Shown here piece by piece: positions 1-10,000 of a stretch of 64,000 bases of DNA (its first letter is position 1; every line of letters begins with the position of its first letter). The notes beneath the pieces are model-generated. The model did not search any database, was not told the DNA's origin, and was given only the letters and a program-made list of their open reading frames with translations. The stretch is taken from positions 4,340,001 through 4,404,000 of the forward strand of contig OZ038379.1 in assembly GCA_964036045.1 (NCBI GenBank), in the 5' to 3' direction. The position numbers and the translations under genes are program-made. Source of the DNA: Eutreptiella sp. 'Long Island Sound 2002'. Its lineage: Eukaryota; Protista; Euglenida.

Positions 1-149
1 AAGCACATTTGCTCTTGGGAGACTGACACGGATTCGGGAGTTAATTCGCACACAACAGAAGTAGAACCCTTTCACAGCATGGCAGCTGGAGATGCACCCC
101 CCGTATCCAAGCTATGCAAGTTTATCATTGCAGTTTATTCATTGTAATA

Positions 150-290
150 TTTAATGTCATGGCATTACATGACATGCCATGAGATGAAATGGAACTACAT
201 GACATTACATTATATTATATCACATCACGTGACATGACATGACATGACATGACATTGCACTGCACTGCACTGCATGATAATGATGTCATG
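150..290. repeat. Degenerate pentanucleotide microsatellite (CATGA/CATTA/CACTG)
   Basis: Directly visible. Confidence 0.85.
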
Positions 291-2699
291 ACCATTCATG
301 TGGCGGCTGCGCCGCAGTTTGGACCCCGCACTGAGATCGATTCAGGAGGGAATCCGGGAGAGTGAGGGCGATTGTAAGCTTATAGCCAAGCTATGTCAAG
401 CCTGCCATCGAGCCCATGGAAATCCCACACCGTAGTGGCGTGTCAGCGCGGAAGGATTTCAAACGGAAAACGGGGGCACCTAAGGCGTCACGCAGTTGCT
501 GTATTGCATATCTTGTACAAGGTAAGGGGGGGATGGGACGAAGGAAACCGCAGCTCCATGTGGCCCATGTCAACGTGGCCCAACACTGTCACGTCACACA
601 TGACATTGAAATACAGTGCAGTTGCCATAGTGATTCCGGGGGCTGACGACCGTTGTAAGTCTATGGCCAAGATACCACTTGTGCAAGACACGGAGAGCGC
701 AGGTACCGTATTGATTGGGGGCCTCATTTGTATATGTCATGGGCTATAGACGTGCGCCAATATGCTCCGTCTGTGTGCATTTCCTGTTGTTTTGCTGAGT
801 CACCTTTGCTTCGTTGTGATTTGTCCGATTGTCCTGCACCAATTTGGGTCCCTTGCATTTTGTGTTGGGTGAATGGCGCTGAAACACAAGTGGGAGCCGG
901 TTGCACCCAAGTGTCTCGATCATGGTTGTGCTTAGTGTTTGGCCTACGAGACGGGGGTGAGGTGTGAGAGGCAAAAAACAGTTTCTGTACCCAAAATGGG
1001 CCTTTAAGTTTTGGCTCTATTCACAATTTCATTTTTCCCCAGAGGAAAAATTCTTTGGTGTTGGGTGGGGGGTTGGGTTGGGTTGGGCTTGCGGCCTCAT
1101 GCAGGAGCAGGCCCTCGGGTGTGGGCTTCCTTCCCTGCCCCACCACGAGGCTGAAGTACCTGACTGTCCGGTTCTAAGGCCGAGCGGACTGTCGACAGCC
1201 ACCAGACCCCACCGAAGCGCAGGTGGGCGGAAGATACCGTCGTCCTGTGTGTAGGCGCGCGCGCGGGCGTGGGCGCGTGTGCGCGCTGGCGTTCGTGGGC
1301 TGGGCGGAGGGGCTGGGCCTTGTGCGTGGGGGGCAAGTGTGGCCTGGTGCTCCACGCCCGGTGGGGAGGCCATGGGAGCCTGACGCGGAGCCCACCAGGG
1401 AGTAGTGGGCCAGGGCATCACATCCTCCTGGTCACAGAGACACGCTACCTGCCCGTTCCACGACTGCGTACGCATGGGGACGGGTGTGCGCCGGGCACGA
1501 CTTGGGGGGACCCGCCCTCCTTGACTGCCTGCAGGCACAGGTGGCGCCGCCGTACTAGCTGGGTCCCACACTCCCACAGCCTGGGGCGCAGGTGGCAGGT
1601 GGAGGGGTCCCTGGGCGCGCTGAGTGCTTCCCTGCCCTGGGACCTACCCGGGAAGGTTCCCGCGTGCGGCGCTGCTGCCTCAGTAGTCCTGGGGGCCCGT
1701 AGGGCACACCACCGGACTGGCCCCTCCAATGGGGAAGGGGGGGGGGGGGGCGGGGCAGGGGTCGGCAGGTGGCTGTCTAGCCTCCAGGGGTCGCCCACAA
1801 CTGCACTGGAGTGCAGGGGGGGGGGTAGAGTGGTGGAGGGGTCTACCTGTCCGTTGTTTGGCTCGTGGTGCTCACTTGTTTGGGAGAGGAGGACCACCTG
1901 CTGGGTTACCATGTGGGTCCCACATCCCAACATACTCGTCGTTCGGCGTCCGCTCCCTTTCCGCGAGGGGAGGGACCTTGATCACCATGTGTCGGCCTGC
2001 AGTGAGGGTGCGAGGGCATGCTTGGGGGGGGGGGGGGGGGGGCGTGTGCCAGGCTAGCGTACCACCAACAATGCCAGGTTTTGGGTTTGGGCCAAGGGAC
2101 ACAATAAACAAGCGGCCAGTGTTTCCTGTTGCTTTAGGAATAAGCACCCCTCGTGCCAACAAACACCAAAGGGAGTTCCTCTCAACGCACTCAAGATACG
2201 TTGGTGTGTGCTGTTACAACAAACCACAGAAACTAGCTCTCACCATATCTTGCCATGTACATCGTAGGGTTGCCCAACAGGCCGTGTTGTTCCGCTGCCA
2301 AAAACACCTTCTCCGATTCCGGCATGCACAGCTAGATGGGGCGTACATGCCTTCCTGGCGTCGGCTTGGGCACAATTCGTGTGGGGACCATGATGGCGGC
2401 CTCATACACCGCTGACCCTCTTGCATGTCCTTCCCAGTACACCCACGTTCCACTGTTCCTCCGTTCTTGAGATCGCACTACCTTGGCTGCCCTGTTTCCT
2501 GGTCCCCAAGGGGAACCAGCCCACGGCCTGCACCCTCGCTTTGTGGTGGCTGAAATTTGGGCCGACAGGGTGTTGGGTGGGGGGGTAGCCTGGGGGGTGG
2601 GATCCGCCAGATCACCCTGCGGATAAGCACATCCCTCGTCTCAATGGCACAGGTTTGGCTGCTGCCCCCACCCCAACCCTCTGCCCCCGTTCCACACAG

Positions 2700-3729
2700 G
2701 AGGGGCTGAGCAGGAGTGTGCGCTTTGCCGACCGCGAGAAGGACCCCCCCGACAACCTCGAGCAACTCGGCGATGCCCCAGCCCGAGGCCCGCGGTGGAA
2801 CACGGGCTTCCTGGGGCCCAAGGCATCGTCCCCCCGGGCGCAGTTATTCCGCAGCGGTAGGTGTGCTCTGCCTTCCACCGCCGGTCTGGGGGGTCCGTCC
2901 CATATCCTTTGAGTTGTGCCCCCTGAAGACACAGCCGGCCACCGTATGCCTCTGCCTCACCACCAGCCCTCTGGAAACCGGGTCATGTGTGCAGCCGCCA
3001 CCAAATCCATCGCTGACAGCACTCCCTCTTCCTGGTTGGTGTGTGCGGATGTGCGGGTGCTGCCTCCACCACAACCATCACTGACAGCTTCCACCACGCC
3101 TGAAGCCCTAATCGCGGCATCCTCCTCATCCACAGCCCCCCCTGTGGCTTCCCGGCTGTGGATGGTGGATGAGGACGCTGCTGTGGGCAGGTTGCGGCTT
3201 AGTGGCGACCGTGACCTATACCCAGGGGGGGGGGGGTCAGAGGCCAACAATAAATTTTGTGCACCTCCAAATTCGGGCCCCTTTGATAAATTTCACTTTT
3301 TTCCTGAGGAAAAATTTTCTGATGTGGCTGGGTGGGTGGGTCAGGCGGAGGAGCCCATGCAGCCATCCCCCCCCCCCCCTCGCGCACGGTAACGGTAAGC
3401 CGTGGCCTGGCCGTGAGCATTTCTCGGGTGGGGCTGTGGCCTGCTCCATGCCTGCAGCCCCTCTCATGCCCCTCTGTGTGACCCTGCACTCTCCATTATC
3501 CTTCAGATTTGCAGCAAATGACTCCCGCCGATGGTCCGCAAGCGACTCCCGGCCCATGGCACTGATGGAGTCCCAACGATTGGAACATCCAATGACGAAG
3601 CCTGGGAACAGCTATTTGGACAACATGGACGACAGTGTCATGGGGATGACCATGGCCTCGCATCAATTGGACGCCTCCATGTCAGGGCTCATCGACGGTC
3701 TCTTCTGCTCCCCGGTCTTCGGCCTTTGA
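2700..3729 (+). CDS. Three phase-compatible exons (2700-2856, 3088-3190, 3507-3729). Either the 3' end of an unidentified upstream gene (stop TGA 3727-3729) or a low-complexity insert of the ITPR gene via an internal donor at 3698
   Basis: AG/GT borders with pyrimidine tracts; phases 0-1, 1-2, 2-stop join into EGLSRSVRFADREKDPPD...ASTTPEALIAA...RFAANDSRRW...PVFGL*. No recognisable domain. Confidence 0.5.
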
Positions 3730-4294
3730 CACCAGCCCAGCCCCTGCCGCAGCCCCTACTCTCTTCTACCCCTGCTTGTGTCTGAGATGCCCATCCTGTG
3801 CAGGCTCTTGCAAATCCCACACACAGGCCTGAACATTCTACCTTAGCTTTGCAGTGCGGACGGAGCTGTAGAGTGGAGATGTGTGTTTGCGAATGTTATG
3901 GAGTGTACACACACGCGCGCGCGCGCACACACACACCCACACAGCGGACAAGTGTGCAATGCAAGGCAAAGTGAATTCTTTTGGACGTCCATCAAAGGTA
4001 ACAGCTGAGGAAACTGCAGGCAAAGTATTTTGGTGGATCACAGTCTCAGGGTGCTCAGAGGCAATTCTTGTCTTGTCATGGCGAAACATGTTTTGAAAAC
4101 AGCGTGGGGACCACGTGCTTTAGATGCATTACATTTTGAAGAATCGTGGGCCCGAGATTTCAAGCGTCGCTAGGGCTGGAGGTGGTGCGCAGGGATACAG
4201 ATCGCCACCCTCCCACACTTGTGGATACCAACAGTTTTGAAAAGGATGCGGTCCATGGGATCCAGCACAGTATAGCAGCAACCCTCTCGATACA

Positions 4295-4960
4295 AGGTTG
4301 GCATTTGACAAAACACAACTGAAGTATTTTGCTAAGCAAAAGGGGAGTTGTGAGTTTCCTAATGTGCAAAACGTGGTCCTCTCTTTGAGCCGAGAAAAGC
4401 AAATGAATACAAGTGACAAATGCTACTGGTCAAGTTGTTTAATTTGGCTCATTTGGAAGGGCAAGTCTAGCAGATATCACCCACGCTTCTCTGACGAAAT
4501 GAAGGAGTTAATACCTCCATGCATCCATCATGACCACATTGTAACAAAGACTCAAACCATGAAACGTTCTTGCAGTTGTGCAAGGGTTTGGATAGCAGTC
4601 TCATGCAAGCTTCAGCTGGACATGCCATTATTTCTATTGGTGGACAATATGTCCAGCCATATTGATTATGATGACCTCCAAGAAATTGAGTCCCCTGCAG
4701 GTTTTTCTATTTATCATGTCCAAGGGATGCACCTATATATCTGCTTTTGGGACTGCCAAATAGGTCCCACATGCTCAACTCCGCCAATCAGCTTGTGAAC
4801 CGGTTGTTGAGAGCCCATTGCAGGCAAATGGCTAAATTGCTCCTCTTGCATCATTGCATGCACATTGTTGATGCCAAAATCCCACCAGGAACACCACTTG
4901 ATGTGTCTGAAAATACAGTCAAGCATTTGCTCACGTTGTGGGTCACAATGGCTACGTGAC
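4295..4960 (+). pseudogene. Degenerate pogo/Tigger-like DDE_1 transposase relic
   Basis: FDKTQL (DETG-like), IWKGKS, LLVDNMSSH (LLLDNxxxH motif), and after a frameshift LPNRSHMLNSANQLVNRLLRAHCR (LPPNxTxxLQPLD-like); AT-rich block. Confidence 0.65.
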
Positions 4961-5069
4961 CCCCAACTTCGGGTACCCATGGGTAAAGGCTTCGTGGTGT
5001 AGGGCTGTGGATGTTGTACTGGATGTTGCACTGAAAGTGTTGATGACAGTTTGCCCGCTCCAAAAGTCA

Positions 5070-5445
5070 TTTACCCCCTCCCCCCTGCGGAACCCCTCCC
5101 GTTGGGGAGGGGTTCCCCACTGCCGGTATTGGATGCCCAGTTGCACGCACCTGGCCGACGGTGAGGGCAGTTGCCCTCCTTTGTGTGGACCCAACACAGA
5201 GCAGTAAAACAGGGAAAGTCTCGGGCTACGTTGGCAAAACCTACCAAGGGAAAGGAAAGGGAAGTAGAGAGGGAAGGATAGGCCAAGGAGGGAAAGGAAG
5301 GACACAAGGTGGTGAGAGGCCGATGGGCACCGCCGCGTTTGGAGGGAAAGGGTCCAAGGGAAGGGCAGGAAGTGGCGATCGGCCAATTGGCGCCGCCAGC
5401 TGCAGACCAACACGCACCAAGGTGGCATACCAAACCCCCCCCCAT
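5070..5445 (+). mobile_element. Dispersed non-coding SINE-like repeat; other copies at 30130-30465 (+), 58085-58260 (+), 31288-31365 (+), 22950-23005 (-)
   Basis: Shared purine-rich body and 3' end (GAGAGGCCRATRGGCGCCGCC...), plus a twin hairpin in the two long copies. Confidence 0.7.
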
Positions 5446-6183
5446 AGTGTTGCAGGATGACACATCTTAGTATGCCCCTGTGGAGCAACGTGACAAGGCT
5501 GAAGAGAAAGCTGCTATCCATGAGGTGTGCCTCCCCACTCAAAAGTGCAAGCGTGTGCGACAGCCTGAGGCTCGGGCAGCACTCGAGGAGCGGGCACGGA
5601 GAAAGAAGTAAAGTTTCCATTGTCGCCTCTGATTCAGCCTCTACTTTGTTTTTGTATCTAGCGCTGTCTCGGCATCACACAATGTGAGTGGGGAGGACAT
5701 GGCACAGCGGCAGTCATAGTGAGAGCACCAGTGGCAGTGGCAGTGACAATGGCAGTGATAGTGAGAGGGCCAATCATCCTGCCACTCACAATGCACCTCC
5801 TGCCACTACCAATTTACAAAAGGGCAGAGCTGATCCCCCTGTGCAGTGAACCTACAAATGTGGGGTGGGGAATTTCGCCTGGGGATAATTATGCTCAGGA
5901 AAATTTTGCCAGGGAATTTCGCCACCCTGTGGATAACCCAACTGTTGCAAAAAATTCACACCATCAGCCTCGGGTCTCACAATGGCACTAGCAGCTGCCT
6001 TTGTTGCAGCGAAAATAGGGTCCCTCGTAAATAGCACGCTAACCCTCTCCCTTCCCTTTCACAAGAGCATCCAGGACCTTAAAGCCACCTGCCCACGTAA
6101 ATAGCATCGAGCGCTGTGTGCGCGCACAGGTGCAAAACTGCCCTGCTGACCACGGACCCAGCCCTTTTACTGTGCTGATTCAG

Positions 6184-6396
6184 GGGTTCATGTGGGATTG
6201 TCACCGCAACGACTGGAGACTGGTACGCTATTCTCGGTGGACTACACCACTACAGAAGAGGACCTACAGATCAAGTTCGGCATCCGCCTCTTCATTCGTT
6301 CCGAAGCTGAGAATTGGTGGCTCATGCAGTCCGACACTGTGGCTCAAAGCCTCAGTCCGTACCGCGATTTGCAGCAGAAGTTCAACAAGAAAATTG
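6184..6396 (+). CDS. ITPR: ITPR exon 1 in window (MIR domain end)
   Basis: [46 protein letters not shown]...KKI; donor GTATAG. The acceptor at 6183 is a best guess (6161 is an alternative). Confidence 0.8.
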
Positions 6397-6916
6397 GTAT
6401 AGTCCCGTTCGTCGTCTTAGTCCTTGTCCAGCCCAGCCCCAGCATCAGCGCCAGCGCTAGCACCAGCACCAGCACTAGCCCCAGCACTAGCCCCAGCCCT
6501 CGCACTAGCCCCAGCACTAGCCCCAGCCCTCGCACTAGCCCCTGCACCAACAACCGCACACAAAGTGTTTCGCTACAACAAAGACTTCCGATCTCCCCCT
6601 CCCGAACTGTGGAAGCAGATGCCCGCACTCCATCCCAATGCTCCTACTCTGCTTTGCTCTCCCAAAGGCTGCAGCCGCAAGTCACTGCATCACTCGAACG
6701 CCTTTGAGGTGCGGAAGGTTCCCCATGAACAGCAGGTCAACGTGTACTTCGTGCTGCACCATCTGACGCATTTCGACAATTTCTTGGGCTGGATCACCTC
6801 AGGTCTGCCCCTCCGCTGCTTTCGGATAAAATCCGCGCGCGGCCCGAAGACGCACTTTTGGCAAGGGCGCAGTGTGCAAGTAGGGCCCTGTGTGAGAGGG
6901 CACCGTGTACAAGGGC

Positions 6917-7006
<90 letters not shown>

Positions 7007-10000
7007 CGCGCGCGGCGAAAAAATAAATATTTATGTCGGTTATGTGCCTCCGAGTGAATCGATTCCAGTCAGCACCTGGTGGACGGCTCTGTTAAACAGG
7101 GTCAGCCTGCCGGAGGCTCCGTCCACACCGTTCTGTTTCTGCTTCTGTTTCTGCTGTTCTCTGTCCTCTATCTTTTGCAGCACAGTCTGCGTATCTGGTC
7201 TGCATCCAGCTGAATTCACAATGTGCACCCACTGTTTGCCACGCCTGCTTGTCTTGCGTCCATCGTGTGTGCGCCCGTGCGTGTTTGTCTGGCTGCTTCC
7301 TGCAGAAAGGCGCCTAGTCGCCGATGGTCATGACCTTTCTTTGATTGTCGGCGGCCTGACGAATCTACTGCCGACTAGTGCCCGCGTTGCTTCCGTTTTG
7401 CTGGGATGTGGTCGCTTTGCGTCATCAGCGCGCGCACGTATGTGAGTGTGTGTTCTCTTGTGCTGGATCACCTCAGGTCTGCCCCGCTGGTGCTTTTGGA
7501 CCAAGTCCCCAAACGCGCGCCCTTCGCGGTGTCCTGTCGTCAGTGCCCTCAACCACAGTGCCCTCACAGACAGTGAAAGGTGGATGGGGACGGAATGGAA
7601 AATGACATGGGGCTGGTTTGCCCCTGCACCACCAACCAACAGAGATACCCCATGGGGTGCACCTCCCCATGGGGCACGCACCTCCACATGGCCCACCGTG
7701 CAAGGGCCATGGCATGCCGTGTCCCGTCAGCGGCCTGCAGCCGCAGGCCCCATCACCGTCCTGCGGTGGGCACCCCATCTCAGGTCCCCATGTCTATGTG
7801 GCTGCATACACCCGAAGTAGTTCCCTCCCTAACCCCCCTCCCTCCCTCCCTCCCTCCCTCCCTCCCTGCCTCCAAGGACGACCAGAGCCAAGCCGGCGGA
7901 AGGGGAACCTCTGCAGCGTCAAGTTCATCCTTGCCGCACTCTGTCCTCCTCAGGTGGACCATCGCGCTGTGCAATGTTTACCCAGGGGTACCTCTGCAAG
8001 GCTTCCCACAGACCGAGGAAACCATCAACAACGACAAGCCCGGTGTTGCTCTCTTACCTCGCAGGGCAGTCAGCGGCCCGGGTACCCCCGATTGTGTCCT
8101 CCCTCCCTCCCTTCCTCACTCACTCAACCCCCCCCCCTCCCTGCCCCTCTGCGTGTACGCATGTACCTCCGTAGGTATGGTCCCGGACAATGCTCTGCAA
8201 GACCGACTGATCCGGACGCTCACAAAGCTCATCCAGTTTTGCACCAAATCGGAGCAAACCGACCCCCTTCTGCGGGAGGGCACGCCAATCGTCGAGCACC
8301 AGCGGCTGCTGTTGGAGCAGAACATCCATATCTGCTGCTTCCGCGTGCTGGTGGAGCCGTTCCAACCCCAAATGGGCAACCGGGTCAGCCTGTTTTCCCT
8401 CGCCCATGATCATCCGCGGCTGCACCACATTTGTAAGCTCTGCTACCGGCTCCTGAAGCAGATGGTGAAGGGGGCAGAGAGCCATGCATTGTTGTTCACC
8501 AAACAGGATGTACAGGTCTGGGCGGCCTTCTACCCCAGGGAACGTAGGGTAAGTTGTGCCGGCAGTAGGGCTGGAAGGGTTAAGGGGAGGCAGGCTGTGC
8601 TTGTGGAGCGAGAAGCTGAAGCGGATACGGGGCTGTGGCTGATGGTGGGTGAGATTGGATACCAACCACCGCAATCAATGAGGCTCTTGAACATGCACCA
8701 CTGCAGACTCTAGTTTGGGGGAATGGTGGGGCTGTTGGTTGTCCAAGGGGTGTGAGGGCACGGGATTGCTCGGGACCATGACCCTGGGATTTCCCTCCCA
8801 ACAAGGCCACACCCGGGGGGCATGACGGTGGAATGGTTGGCACTTCCGGTTTGCGGTAATTAATAAAGCGCGTTTCGTGGAGGCGTGCCTCCAGGATGTG
8901 TGCGGTGTGGAGGAGTGTGTAGGTGGAGAGAGAGTATGGGGGGGATGGGGGGGGTGCAGTTTTGTGGGTCAGATCCGAATGTCTGTCCCACTGCTCACAA
9001 TTGCAGCGCCGGCGGCTGCGCCGGCCGCAAACCTTTGCAGGTGGGATCCCAAAGGGGCGTCCGCGCCGCGTTAGGCACCGATGGACGCAGTCACTGGCAG
9101 GCTGGGCACATTGGGCGGAGGATGCACACCACCCGAGCTGTCCTCTCTGACATCAGCTGCGACCATGAGGCAAAGGAGTGCAGGTTGGCTATGGGCAAAC
9201 ATGTATTGGGAGGTCACCCCATCCCCACCCCCACCCCCTGGACCCCCTCCCCCCCCCCCTCCGCTCCCAATGCATGATCCAGGGAACCATCAGCAACCGT
9301 CCAGAAGCCTCCAGGAAGTAACACCAACCATCTGGAACGCACCACGGTTGACAACCGCAGGAGGAGGAGGGGCCGGGCCGGAGCCACCCCAGCCCCCCCC
9401 CCCCTCCTCTTCCAATACATTTGTGGCTATGGGACAATGGGACAACAGTGGCGGGGCACTTACAAGCCCTGTGTCCCATGAACACCGAAGCACGAGCTCA
9501 GGACAAAATGTGCTGCGCACAGAAGAAAGGGGTATTTGCGCGTGCGGGGGGGGGGGGGACCGATGAGGGCCCCCGTGGGCACAATGGACCATCGACAGCC
9601 CGGAGGCTTGACGTGTTGAGGGCCAATGGGCCAGCAGGGAAGGTTCCCTGCGACGTCCACACGCCCCCGCCCCCCTCGAAAGTAGCCGCAACGTTTTGTT
9701 GTTGGGCTTATGCGTTGGATGGGGCAGAAGTTTGGCGGATTGTGGCAGTTTGGATGGAAAACCAAAAGAGAAATCCTCCGAGAGTCCCTCAATGATGCGT
9801 CGGTCTCAGCAGCACCAGCAGCAGCATTCTCATCGTGTTTTGTGTCCGAGACAAGTACTGGCGCGGGCCATTGTAGTGCCCCAGGGATGGCGTGTCCAGT
9901 GCCGTGTCCCGCGATTTGCACCGCCCTGAGGAGCAGCTGGCGGCAGGTGATTCCCATGGTGCCTGCCCCTGATGGTGCCGCGGCACCGCACGGGAGAGGG

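Noticed and set aside
1-2100. Possible further exons (619-701, 1150-1225, 1400-1468)
   Set aside because: AG/GT pairs exist, but there is no homology or unique phase chain to choose among them.
6424-6560. PAPALA/STSPS repeat ORFs
   Set aside because: Short tandem repeat inside the intron between exons 1 and 2.
9884-9945. Coding-like stretch [20 protein letters not shown] with AG/GT borders
   Set aside because: Phase 2-1 is incompatible with the tight phase-0 join of exons 5 and 6, which aligns to ITPR without a gap.
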